From positions 22,914 to 86,913 of the forward strand of contig JAHCRG010000007.1 of the NCBI GenBank assembly GCA_020148045.1: a DNA stretch of 64,000 bases, given 5' to 3'. Both the position numbers and the translations under genes were made by a program. The notes under the pieces are model-generated. The model was not told where the DNA came from. It saw only the letters and a list, made by a program, of their open reading frames with translations, and ran no database searches. The DNA comes from Patescibacteria group bacterium. GTDB taxonomy: Bacteria > Patescibacteriota > Minisyncoccia > Minisyncoccales > GWA2-38-27. Of this stretch, positions 20,127-29,384 are shown piece after piece. Numbering within the stretch: position 1 is the stretch's first letter; every line of letters starts with the position of its first letter.

Positions 20127-21560
20127 TCAATCTAATTTTATATCGCTTTTCACTGTCCACAGCCCAATAGCAGACCTGAAATATCTCTTACATTCATCGA
20201 AGGATTTTATGCCAAAAATAATTTTTGCTAAACGGGAAGGCCTGAAATAAAATTTACGATACGCTTTAATTGTATAATGTTCGATTTCCTTCTCAGAAAC
20301 ATCTGTCCAGGGTGTCGGAAGACGCTCTTCGCCCGCTATTCCCAGAATATGCTCTCTCCAGTAGTCTCTATTTGTAATTCTTTTTACCTCATCATACAAA
20401 ATTGTTGTTGGCTTAGCCACAGTTTTGTGAAATTGTGCATAGTCCAAATTCAATTTCGAGGCGAAATTAATAGTATCTTTTATGGTCTCTATAGTATCGC
20501 CCGGCGCGCCTATAAGGAAAAAACCGAGAGTTAATATGCCTTTTTGTTTAGTCAGGTTAGCAATCTTCCTAATGTACTCTAAGGTTATGCCCTTGCTTAC
20601 ATTATCCAAAATATTTTGATTCCCACATTCTATTCCATAATAGATTCTACTGCAACCTGCGCTTTTCATCTCATTCAATAATTCTTCATCTATTTGATCG
20701 GCTCTTGCTCTACAAGCCCAAGACAGACCAATTCTTTTTTTTCTTATAGCTTTACAGATCTCAATTACTCGCCTTTTATCAAAGGTAAAAATGGGGTCGA
20801 AAAATTCTATCTCGCGTATATTGAATTTTCTAAAACACTGCTCAATTTCATCAACAACGCCCTCTGCCTTTCTGGCAGAATAAGGTATGTTTTTCACATG
20901 ACAGAATCCACACTTGCTTGGACAACCTTTAGAAGTAATCATTATCGTGAAGTTTTTTCTTTTAGACATAACTGTGTAATACTTATGATTAGGCAATAGC
21001 TGCCTGGCGGGAAAAGGTAAGGTATCAAAATCTTCTTTTAATGTGTCGGGAGAGTTAATAAAAACCTCTCCCTCACGCTTATAACAAACCCCTTTAATCT
21101 CACTAATATCTGCTTTATGCTTTAAAGCGTCTAATAAATGTGGTAAGGACTTTTGGGCTGAACCAATAATGCCATAATCTATTTCTTTATGCGACATTAC
21201 CTCTTTAGGGTAAAGCTCCAATAAAATATTTCCTACTATCATTGGTAAATTTGTAGTCTCTTTTAAGGACTTTATCCATCCCAATGTCTGGCGAAACATA
21301 TATACCGTAAGCATAAAACCCAGCATATCCGGTTTAAAACTATTAATCTGCTGTAAAACTTTTTGTTTTGACAATCGGGGGCGGCAATTAGCGTCGATTA
21401 TTATTACTTCGTGCCCTGCTCTTTGAGCAATAGCAGCAGCATACGCTAAACCCAAAGGCGGAGGCTGTGTAAACTCCCGGCTTACAACATCTATATCTTC
21501 TTCAAACCTCTTGTGGTCAAAAGGAGGAAAAATAAAGGCAATTTTCATAATTTTAATCAA
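20127..21560 (-). CDS. B12-binding radical SAM protein
   Basis: PPLGLAYAAA, SKGCPSKCGFC, YYGIECG, GAPGDT. Confidence 0.92.
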   Translation of the reverse strand: MIKIMKIAFIFPPFDHKRFEEDIDVVSREFTQPPPLGLAYAAAIAQRAGHEVIIIDANCRPRLSKQKVLQQINSFKPDMLGFMLTVYMFRQTLGWIKSLKETTNLPMIVGNILLELYPKEVMSHKEIDYGIIGSAQKSLPHLLDALKHKADISEIKGVCYKREGEVFINSPDTLKEDFDTLPFPARQLLPNHKYYTVMSKRKNFTIMITSKGCPSKCGFCHVKNIPYSARKAEGVVDEIEQCFRKFNIREIEFFDPIFTFDKRRVIEICKAIRKKRIGLSWACRARADQIDEELLNEMKSAGCSRIYYGIECGNQNILDNVSKGITLEYIRKIANLTKQKGILTLGFFLIGAPGDTIETIKDTINFASKLNLDYAQFHKTVAKPTTILYDEVKRITNRDYWREHILGIAGEERLPTPWTDVSEKEIEHYTIKAYRKFYFRPSRLAKIIFGIKSFDECKRYFRSAIGLWTVKSDIKLD

Positions 21561-23116
21561 TTATCATACCATTTTGGTCTTTTTAAACGCATAAAACCCG
21601 TAATTCCCTTATATTTCTTTCTTCTTAAGATAATATCTCTAATCTCTAAAAGCATCATCTTTATAGTATTTCTAAAAAACCACCAATAAAGCCCCCGTTT
21701 GTGTTTGTAGCGAGAAAAAAGGCCCCTGACTAGCCAATGAGGACGATACAAGACATATCTCTTATTAAGTTCCATATTCAAATTAGCGAAATCCTCTCCG
21801 GATAAACCGGTGGAAGAACGCATTACGGGAGTAGACCAATCATACTTTGTGAAATCCTTTTCTTCCAAGAGATTCTTTTGTTTGGCTTCTTGATGAAGGT
21901 AAGTACCTGGAACAGGGGCAACAGGATGGAAGGCAGGGTAATCAATATCTATCTCCACGGCATACTTTACTAAATTCAACATAGATTCTTTGGTATCAAA
22001 AGGTAAACAAGTAACGAAAGTCCCTTGTCTAAAGACCTGGGGATATTTCTTTTTAAAGATTAAGAAAACCTCTTTTACTAATTCGCGAGTATAAACAGAT
22101 TTCTTGATTTTTCTAAGGTCTTCACTGCAGTCCCTTTCTACCCCGATTAAAGGATGAACCAATCCTGCTTTGACCATCTTTTCTAAAATTCCCGCGCGTT
22201 CGTCTCTTAAAACAAAGTCGGCGCGTAAAAATGCCCACCAATATAGATCTTTATAATTTCTCTTCAGGAGTCTTTCGCAAAATTCGTCCGACCACTCGGG
22301 GTCCACATTAAAGGTAGGATCAGCCCAGATTATATATCGCCTATTATATTTCTGATAAACAATATCTATTTCCTCCAACATCCTATCCACACTCTTACTT
22401 CTATATTTCGGATTTACTTCCAAATTTCCTTTTTCTATATCTACTTTGACTTGCCTGCCCCAGAATGTCCAGAGAGAACAAAAATTACATCTATCTATAC
22501 ATCCCCGAGAATGTTCCAGAGTAGCGCTTTGCGGCCAAAGATAGCCGAATGGAGAATACTCCCCCATTGGCATAAGGTCATAAGCCGGTAAAGGCAATGT
22601 GTCTAAGTCTTCAATTAAAGCTCGTAAAGGAGTTCTAATTATCTGTCCGTTACTTTTATAAGCTATTCCTTTTATTTCAGATAAGTCTGCTTTATTCCTG
22701 AGCGCATCGATTAATTCTACTATTGTCTGCTCTCCTTCAAACCTTGCAATGATATCAATTGGAAAGTTAGTTAAACTATAATCGACCATCCAGGAAAAGA
22801 AGTGGCCGCCGGCAACTGTAATTGCTTCCGGGTTTACGTCTTTGGCCAACTTAAATAACCTTACTGCCTCATGATGGTAAAGTGCTTCTTCCCCAGCTCC
22901 TACTATATCTGGTTTCTCTTTTTGCAATATTTTCTTTAAGTTTTCCCACCCTATTTTCAACGGCGGGCAATCAATAATCTTTACTTCTACCTCAGGCAAT
23001 TTTGCTCTTATGGCTGCGGCAATACAGGGTAACCCCAGGGGTAAAAGGAAATTATCGGATTCATTTATAAAAGGCCAGAGATACCTCGGAGGCCTTACTA
23101 AGAGTATTTTTTGCAT
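21557..23116 (-). CDS. B12-binding radical SAM protein (BchE-like subfamily)
   Basis: PLGLPCIAA, GGHF, EGE, SRGCIDRCNFC. Start moved to ATG 23116 (MQKILL), which has an AGGAG RBS. Confidence 0.9.
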   Translation of the reverse strand: MQKILLVRPPRYLWPFINESDNFLLPLGLPCIAAAIRAKLPEVEVKIIDCPPLKIGWENLKKILQKEKPDIVGAGEEALYHHEAVRLFKLAKDVNPEAITVAGGHFFSWMVDYSLTNFPIDIIARFEGEQTIVELIDALRNKADLSEIKGIAYKSNGQIIRTPLRALIEDLDTLPLPAYDLMPMGEYSPFGYLWPQSATLEHSRGCIDRCNFCSLWTFWGRQVKVDIEKGNLEVNPKYRSKSVDRMLEEIDIVYQKYNRRYIIWADPTFNVDPEWSDEFCERLLKRNYKDLYWWAFLRADFVLRDERAGILEKMVKAGLVHPLIGVERDCSEDLRKIKKSVYTRELVKEVFLIFKKKYPQVFRQGTFVTCLPFDTKESMLNLVKYAVEIDIDYPAFHPVAPVPGTYLHQEAKQKNLLEEKDFTKYDWSTPVMRSSTGLSGEDFANLNMELNKRYVLYRPHWLVRGLFSRYKHKRGLYWWFFRNTIKMMLLEIRDIILRRKKYKGITGFMRLKRPKWYDN

Positions 23117-24572
23117 ATTTTTCTCCTTTTCTTTTCCCTCGTGTGGCATAGTATTCTGGAATAAGCACCTTATCTAAAAGTTGAGGATCTTTTTTAGACA
23201 TCTCAGAAATCATTGCTATCATAAGTTTTGTCTTATAACGAAATAATTCGCAATAATAAGGATTTGGTTCTCTTAAATTTTTATTTGCGAAATAATTTAA
23301 GTTGTAACAAGAACCGCAACCCCTACAAATCCTTCTTGCCCAACATTTGTTGCAGGCATCACTTGAAGAAATTTTGATAGCTGTAAAGTTTTTTAGTTTT
23401 TTCTCATTTATCCCATTATTTACTGTTCCTATTCTACACTCTGGAATTCCTATAAAGGCAGTGCAAGGATATAAACTTCCATCCATATCAACTGCAATAA
23501 GACTGAAACCCGCAGAACAAGTTCCTACAACTGACTGAATATGATATAAGCGGCTTAGCTGTTTAAAGAAACGATTAAAATAGGTATTCTCATAAGCCAA
23601 GCTTCCTTTAATAATCTCTTGGGTGTAAAAAATAGCTAAATTGTAGTAAAGGGATTTAAGCTTCCGTAGTCCATCCGGACCAGAAAAGAAAAACTGATTA
23701 TTTGATTCTAATCCATAACCGGCTTTCTCACTTTCACAAACCTCTATACGCTCAAATCCTAAACCGCGTAAAAATTTAAATGTACTTATAATTTTGGTAT
23801 AATAAGGAGTGAACGTTGCCCTTCCCACTATGCGCCTTCTATACTTCCCTTTAAGAGAATTTATATTATCTATTATTACCTCAAAAGAACCTCTGCCATC
23901 AGGAAAAGGGCGCTGAACATCCTGAATCTTCTTTGAACCATCAAGACTCACAGCAATATCCACCCCATTTTCAATTAAAAATTTAGCCCTTTCTTCAGTA
24001 AGCAGCGTTCCATTAGTAGCAAGCAAGAAACGGAAGTTAATCTTCTTTTTCTTCTGAATCTTTCTACAATATTCAACAGTTTCTCTAATAAGGTTGAAAT
24101 TTAAAAGAGGTTCGCCTCCATAAAAATCTACTACTAAATCTTTAGCACCTTTTGACTCCTTGATTAATAGATTTACTGCTTTAAATGCAACTTTTTCCTC
24201 CATTTTTTGTTTGCCTGTGAAAAAACCGCCATAGGCACCACTTTGATTCCAACAATAGCGGCAACGTAGATTACAGTTATTTACAATATTTAATGTAACA
24301 TCGGTTATCTTCCTTTCAATATCTCTATCATTCTTTACCTGCACTGGTGAAAAAAGGATTCTTTTTTTCTTTAATTTGGATAAATTCCTGATAGCCACAG
24401 CGACAGATTCATATTCATATTTCCCGCTGAGTCGATGCATTACTTCTCTTTCAGGATAGCGATGCAATAGAGTAATAGCTTCTGCAGCAATCTTATCTAC
24501 TTCAAAAAAATTACCGCTCCCGATATCTACAGCAAAGCTTTTACCCCACATTTTAAATTGGTAAACTTGCAT
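23061..24572 (-). CDS. Radical SAM/SPASM peptide maturase with N-terminal RRE-like domain (CteB/SCIFF-maturase-like)
   Basis: N-term MQVYQFK...AVDIGSGNFFEVD resembles the SCIFF maturase RRE; CNLRCRYC, FYGGEPLLN, TNGTLL, SLDG; full SPASM CSAG...YPC...CNKCWARRICRGCGSC...YC. Confidence 0.85.
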   Translation of the reverse strand: MQVYQFKMWGKSFAVDIGSGNFFEVDKIAAEAITLLHRYPEREVMHRLSGKYEYESVAVAIRNLSKLKKKRILFSPVQVKNDRDIERKITDVTLNIVNNCNLRCRYCWNQSGAYGGFFTGKQKMEEKVAFKAVNLLIKESKGAKDLVVDFYGGEPLLNFNLIRETVEYCRKIQKKKKINFRFLLATNGTLLTEERAKFLIENGVDIAVSLDGSKKIQDVQRPFPDGRGSFEVIIDNINSLKGKYRRRIVGRATFTPYYTKIISTFKFLRGLGFERIEVCESEKAGYGLESNNQFFFSGPDGLRKLKSLYYNLAIFYTQEIIKGSLAYENTYFNRFFKQLSRLYHIQSVVGTCSAGFSLIAVDMDGSLYPCTAFIGIPECRIGTVNNGINEKKLKNFTAIKISSSDACNKCWARRICRGCGSCYNLNYFANKNLREPNPYYCELFRYKTKLMIAMISEMSKKDPQLLDKVLIPEYYATRGKRKGEKYAKNTLSKASEVSLAFYK

Positions 24573-24590
24573 TTTATTTGTCCTTTTTAA

Positions 24591-24688
24591 TCAAGAAAAT
24601 CGCTGCGTCAACAGCACCTGCGGTTCGCGATAACTCTAATACGATTTTCGCAGTGGTATCTGATGTTTTTATACTTTCCTATACCATA
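24591..24688 (-). promoter_or_regulatory. Candidate structured leader motif, copy 1 (paralog at 52059-52136)
   Basis: Minus strand ATGGTATAGGAAAGTATA...ATACCACTGCGAAAATCGT...GCGATTTTCTTGA; two stems that covary with copy 2. Confidence 0.55.
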
Positions 24689-24697
24689 AAGAAGATG

Positions 24698-24737
24698 TTT
24701 CACGGGGGGAGTGCCGGTAGGCATTCCCCCCGTGAAA
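24698..24737. terminator. 18-bp GC-rich hairpin immediately downstream of the small peptide ORF (terminator or mRNA-stabilising stem)
   Basis: TTTCACGGGGGGAGTGCC-ggta-GGCATTCCCCCCGTGAAA with one imperfect pair; only a weak U-tract on the minus strand. Confidence 0.6.
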
Positions 24738-24744
24738 GAAAACC

Positions 24745-24825
24745 TTACCAAAGCACCCGACCACAACGACAGAAAGCTGCACGATACTTACGTGTGCTTT
24801 TGCGCCTGTTTAGTAATCGAACCAC
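24745..24825 (-). CDS. Candidate RiPP precursor peptide MVRLLNRRKSTRKYRAAFCRCGRVLW (26 aa)
   Basis: AAAGGAGG RBS (24833-24840) 7 nt before GTG; stop TAA 24745-24747; followed by the hairpin and the RRE-SPASM maturase. Confidence 0.75.
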   Translation of the reverse strand: MVRLLNRRKSTRKYRAAFCRCGRVLW

Positions 24826-24843
24826 AGCCACGCCTCCTTTCCC

Positions 24844-25521
24844 TCATTTTAGAATCCTATACTTTAATAGGGTAAATATGGCTATAAAACCGTCGAACCA
24901 ACGAATCTTCTTTCCTTCTTTCCTGCTTCGTGGTTGATAGATAACAGGTATCTCTTTAATCCGACACCCTCTCTTCAGTAATTTAGCGGTTATCTCAACC
25001 TCAAACTCAAATCCTTGCGAATCAAAGCCTATATCGCTAATAATTTCCCTCCTAAATAGTTTAGTTGGCGTCTCCACATCCGTTAGCTTGGAAAGAAATA
25101 ATATATTTGTAAACCATGTAACCAATTTGTTCCCCGCCAGCATCAATATTGGGAATTTATTCCTTTTGTATAAGAACCGTGAACCATAAACTACTTCTGC
25201 TTGTTCTTCTTCTGCCGTCTTTAGAACTCTTAATATTTCTTTAGGCGCGACCTCCAAATCAGCATCTTGAATAACGAGATATTCTCCTCTCGCATGAGAA
25301 ATAGCTGCTCTAATAGCAGCTCCTTTGCCTTTATTTTTCTTAAAATAAATCTTTTTAACAAAAGAGGGAACCTTTTTATTTTTTATTATCTCATCGGTGC
25401 CATCAACAGAGCCATCATCGATTACTATAATTTCCTTGTCAATGGGTAATTCTGCTGTTTCATTTATAACTTTCTTTATGCTGTTCTTTTCATTATATGC
25501 GGGGATGATAATAGAAACCAT
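24844..25521 (-). CDS. GT2, polyprenol-phosphate glycosyltransferase (DPM1-like)
   Basis: IIIPAYNE, DDGS.DGT, QDADLE, GSRF, DVET. Confidence 0.9.
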   Translation of the reverse strand: MVSIIIPAYNEKNSIKKVINETAELPIDKEIIVIDDGSVDGTDEIIKNKKVPSFVKKIYFKKNKGKGAAIRAAISHARGEYLVIQDADLEVAPKEILRVLKTAEEEQAEVVYGSRFLYKRNKFPILMLAGNKLVTWFTNILFLSKLTDVETPTKLFRREIISDIGFDSQGFEFEVEITAKLLKRGCRIKEIPVIYQPRSRKEGKKIRWFDGFIAIFTLLKYRILK

Positions 25522-26358
25522 TTATTTTAAGGCTTTTATCGTACCTCTATTAGTAAGAACTAGATAAAGTAATCGAGGTAAGTCATAAAATAATAAAGGA
25601 AATACTCTTTTCGAATAATTCTTAAGACCTTCATTTTTTATTATGGAATAATAGCGGTTGCGAAAGCAAAGATACTGTCTTACCTTTTTGGATGTACCTG
25701 AGCTATTGCCATAATGATAGCAAATAGCCTCCGGGCAAAATAGGGCTTTCCAGCCTTTTCTTTGCGCACGCCAGGCTAAATCCACATCTTCAACTAAAAA
25801 GAAAAACCTTTCATCAAAGTAGCCTGTATCTTCTTTTATATCTTGGAGCATCTGCTTTTTATAAAGTGCGCAAGCTGTGCAGGCACCAAAAATATATTTA
25901 GATTTGTCAAATCGTCCACAATTCTTTTTTCCCTTCCCAATATCGTAGAATCTTCTCAACCAAGAAAGATATATTCCATAAGAGTAAATTGTTTTTCTAT
26001 CAGAATTTAATATTTTTGGCTGCAGTATACCTATTTCAGGAGAGAGATCCCCGATTGCTTTAAGGACTTTAGAGAAAAAATCTTTTTCTAAAATTACATC
26101 ACAATCTAAGATTAAAATCCATTCGCCTGAGGAGGCTTCAATAGCTTGATTTCTTGCCCCGCAGGCGCCAAAATTTCTTGGATTTTCGATTAAGTTAACT
26201 TCAGGATAGTCTCTTTTAACTAAAGCAACGGTACCGTCTTTTGAGCTATTATCTACAATAATAGCCTCAAAATCTTTGTAATCCTGGTAAAGTAGAGAAT
26301 CTAAGCAGGGTTTGATATATTTTATGCTATTGAAGGTTAAAATTATTATTGAGAGCAA
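25522..26358 (-). CDS. GT2 glycosyltransferase
   Basis: SIIILTFN, VDNSS.DGT, LDCD, FFFLVEDVDL. Confidence 0.9.
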   Translation of the reverse strand: MLSIIILTFNSIKYIKPCLDSLLYQDYKDFEAIIVDNSSKDGTVALVKRDYPEVNLIENPRNFGACGARNQAIEASSGEWILILDCDVILEKDFFSKVLKAIGDLSPEIGILQPKILNSDRKTIYSYGIYLSWLRRFYDIGKGKKNCGRFDKSKYIFGACTACALYKKQMLQDIKEDTGYFDERFFFLVEDVDLAWRAQRKGWKALFCPEAICYHYGNSSGTSKKVRQYLCFRNRYYSIIKNEGLKNYSKRVFPLLFYDLPRLLYLVLTNRGTIKALK

Positions 26359-27688
26359 GTCTTATCCTTTCTAAATCTCTATTGCTCAACTCTTGCGTCT
26401 TTACAACACACTTATAATTAGCATCATAGTCTGGCCAATGTTCCGAAAGCAGCCTTCCTTTATTCCTGATATATTCGAAATATTCGGTTCCAGGGAATGG
26501 AGTGGCAAAAGAAAACTGCAATGAATCCGGCTGGGAATCTTGAATAAATTTAACCGTCTGCTGGATGGTTTGTTTTGATTCTCCCTGAAGTCCCAGACAA
26601 AAAGTTAGATGCACCTTTATACCCAACTTTTTAGTGAGTCTGATTGCCTGATACGCTTTATCTAAATCCATATTTTTTTTACAAAGATTCACTATATTCT
26701 GGTCTGCCGACTCAATGCCATATTTAATAGCGCATAACCCAGCACAAGACATAGACTCCAAAAGGGTCTCATCCATAAGGTCAGCCCTTGCCATAGCTGC
26801 CCAAGGGATTTCAATCTTTTTCTTTATTATTTCATTACAAATAGCTAAAACATGCTCTCTGTCAATGTTAAATACATCATCGTCAAAATAGACTGCCTTA
26901 AAATTAAATCGCCTAATCAAACATTCCATCTCTTCTACGACAGCTAAAGGGCTTCTTTTGCGGTGTTTATGCTCTCTATACATTGTTTGCGGCCAAAGGC
27001 AATAGCTGCAATGAAACGGGCATCCCCGAGTTGTCCACATCTGCACATTAGGAGAAGGCAGGCTTGCAAAACCATCATTATATTTATAGATCGGGACATC
27101 CTCCCTTTCCGGCCAAGGCAAGCTGTCCAGGTTGTCAATAGAGGGCCTTTCGTTATTAATCCTAACTTCCTCACCCCTGCGATAGGCTAAACCTAATATC
27201 GATTCTAAATCCAAACTGTTTTCTAAACAATTAACCAAATCTAATAGAGTATACTCGTATTCTCCGACTAGTATATAATCGATAACGTCGTATTCTTCGA
27301 GACTTTCCTTAGAGAATACGCTTGCATGAGGGCCGCATATTGCTATGCGGCAGTTGGGTAAAGCGTTATAGATTCTATGAATAGTCCTTAAATCGTTCTT
27401 AAATGAAGGGGTAGAACTCTCCACAACGATAAGTTCTGGTTTAAAAGAATTTAACTTTTCAATCAGGCATTCTTCACCAAGACCCTCGGCAATGGCATCG
27501 ATTAATTTAACCTTTCGGCCTTCTTTTTTCAGGAGCGAGGCAGCATAGGCAAGAAAAAAAGGAAAAGGAATATAATGGATTAGGCCGTCTTTCTCCGGTA
27601 GAGAAGTAAATGGCCATCGTGAACCAGCCCTTACGCCTAAACGCCGGTTCTGTCTCCATGGAAGATTCAATAACGCTATACGCATCAT
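26327..27688 (-). CDS. B12-binding radical SAM protein (HpnJ-like)
   Basis: RAGSRWP, PFFLAYAA, STPSF, GPHAS, RGCPFHCSYCLWPQ, FDDD, ATPFPGT. Confidence 0.88.
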   Translation of the reverse strand: MMRIALLNLPWRQNRRLGVRAGSRWPFTSLPEKDGLIHYIPFPFFLAYAASLLKKEGRKVKLIDAIAEGLGEECLIEKLNSFKPELIVVESSTPSFKNDLRTIHRIYNALPNCRIAICGPHASVFSKESLEEYDVIDYILVGEYEYTLLDLVNCLENSLDLESILGLAYRRGEEVRINNERPSIDNLDSLPWPEREDVPIYKYNDGFASLPSPNVQMWTTRGCPFHCSYCLWPQTMYREHKHRKRSPLAVVEEMECLIRRFNFKAVYFDDDVFNIDREHVLAICNEIIKKKIEIPWAAMARADLMDETLLESMSCAGLCAIKYGIESADQNIVNLCKKNMDLDKAYQAIRLTKKLGIKVHLTFCLGLQGESKQTIQQTVKFIQDSQPDSLQFSFATPFPGTEYFEYIRNKGRLLSEHWPDYDANYKCVVKTQELSNRDLERIRLALNNNFNLQ

Positions 27689-28065
27689 TTCTTAAGGTCT
27701 AAACGCCTTTCGATTTGTTCAAAAAAGGCCTTTATTTGATAAATATGTTGGTTTATATCCTTTAAATCGCAATTTATTTGTTCGCAGTTGTTAGAAATGG
27801 ACTGCAGTTGTGTCTTTAGGTCTTTTTGGAAATCAATCAAGAGAAAATCTTTTAAATCAAAAAGCATTTGCCCAATATCGCCAAGCATTCTAATTACTGC
27901 AGCTAAAAGCAGGCCGCCCAACAGTATTGAAAGGCCGCCTATTAATGAACGGACTTCACCAAATTTGAAAATGATTAAATAGCCGCTTATGGAAATTGCA
28001 GAAATTGCAATTAACCAGGAAAAAACCAATAAAGCCATCGTTATAGGCATCTTATTTATCTTCAT
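27685..28065 (-). CDS. Small membrane protein, two TMs plus coiled-coil tail
   Basis: Two hydrophobic helices followed by a heptad-like polar tail; 4-nt overlaps with both neighbours. Confidence 0.65.
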   Translation of the reverse strand: MKINKMPITMALLVFSWLIAISAISISGYLIIFKFGEVRSLIGGLSILLGGLLLAAVIRMLGDIGQMLFDLKDFLLIDFQKDLKTQLQSISNNCEQINCDLKDINQHIYQIKAFFEQIERRLDLKK

Positions 28066-29384
28066 TTTTTAGACATCTCCTTTCTAAAAATAGAATTATC
28101 ATAATCTGTTCTTTCTGCAGAAACTTCAATCATCTTAACTATTTTCGGGAAAGCGAACATTAGCCCGTCTAACCACTTCTGGAAGTTAGAAGATAATTCT
28201 CCCAAAAATAAAGTATTGAGGTTGGAGTGTTCCTTTTTGCAAAATTGATGCCAATTCGGGTGCAGGTCGATTAGATTTAGTAGCTTATTTAATAAATAAT
28301 AGTCGCTTATTTCATAAATAGAAAGTAATAGATGTTTATATAATATCTCCTGAAAATGTTTACTGTTAAATCTCTCCTGAATGAATCTACCCAAAACTAG
28401 ATTTAAAGCAAAAAAGTTTTGTAAAAAGGAATTTATCTTCGGCATTAATGTGGATAAATTCTTTTTGGCAAAATCGAGATGGTAAAATAAAGTTAAATCC
28501 AGCAAAGAGAGCCAAAAGGACAAAATAGGATTGCTTAAATATTCCTGCTTGGCTTGAGAAGTAAAATACTCAAAATCTTTCAGGGAATGGTGCAAGGCTA
28601 ATAAAAAGTCCAAATAAATTAATTCGTGTTTATCAGAAGCGATGTCTTCTCCTATATACCGATTTGCCAAACCAATATTATCCTTCAGTTTGCAAGAAAA
28701 ATTGTTTTGATTAGAATAATATTTCCTGTCCCGGTAATAAGCCGCATTCCAGCTCCAAAAAGTATTTAGGACTGAACAGATATTATCCCGTTTTAAATGG
28801 TGGGCTATTGCTTTAGGTTCATAGATAAGTGTATATTCTTCTTGCTTAAGTTGCTTGCATATATCTACATCCTCGTAATTATTCCTGAGGTGTTCATTAT
28901 AAAGGCCCGCCTTTACTAAAGCCTGCCTGCGAAATACTGCATTTGAACCAAATAGGAAAGGAGGCGCTGTTTGCTCGTCAATCCAATACTGCTTCATATG
29001 CACACGCCGCCAGAGATCAAATACCGAAGAAGAATGCGCTTCCAGGAGCCTCCCTCCTACTCCTGCTATCTTAGGTGAATCAAAGCGCTTCATCAGGCTT
29101 TCAAGCCAGTCAGGTTTAGGGATGCAGTCCGCATCCAAAGCAGCAATAAATTCCGCATTTGTATTTTTTATCGCTGTATTTCTGGAACTTGCTAATCCTG
29201 CATTATTTGTATGTCTGATAAGCCTCACCGGGTAGCGAGAAACAATATCAACAGTTCTATCCGTCGAAGCATCATCTATAACTATAACTTCATCGGGGGC
29301 AAGGCCTTGCTTAAACACTCCTTTAAGCGCTTCTTCTACATATGCCTCGGCATTAAAACAAGGGATATAAAGACTAAGTTTCAT
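28062..29384 (-). CDS. GT2 glycosyltransferase with C-terminal helical extension
   Basis: YIPCFN, DDASTD, LDAD, YEDVD. Confidence 0.88.
   Translation of the reverse strand: MKLSLYIPCFNAEAYVEEALKGVFKQGLAPDEVIVIDDASTDRTVDIVSRYPVRLIRHTNNAGLASSRNTAIKNTNAEFIAALDADCIPKPDWLESLMKRFDSPKIAGVGGRLLEAHSSSVFDLWRRVHMKQYWIDEQTAPPFLFGSNAVFRRQALVKAGLYNEHLRNNYEDVDICKQLKQEEYTLIYEPKAIAHHLKRDNICSVLNTFWSWNAAYYRDRKYYSNQNNFSCKLKDNIGLANRYIGEDIASDKHELIYLDFLLALHHSLKDFEYFTSQAKQEYLSNPILSFWLSLLDLTLFYHLDFAKKNLSTLMPKINSFLQNFFALNLVLGRFIQERFNSKHFQEILYKHLLLSIYEISDYYLLNKLLNLIDLHPNWHQFCKKEHSNLNTLFLGELSSNFQKWLDGLMFAFPKIVKMIEVSAERTDYDNSIFRKEMSKK

Noticed and set aside
21557..23116. BchE (anaerobic Mg-protoporphyrin cyclase) assignment
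   Set aside because: Only subfamily-level resemblance; no photosynthesis genes in the window
24578..24937. 119-aa plus-strand ORF spanning the intergenic gap
   Set aside because: Antisense to the whole locus, no RBS or recognisable motif, and it runs across the hairpin, the non-coding motif and the better-supported minus-strand peptide
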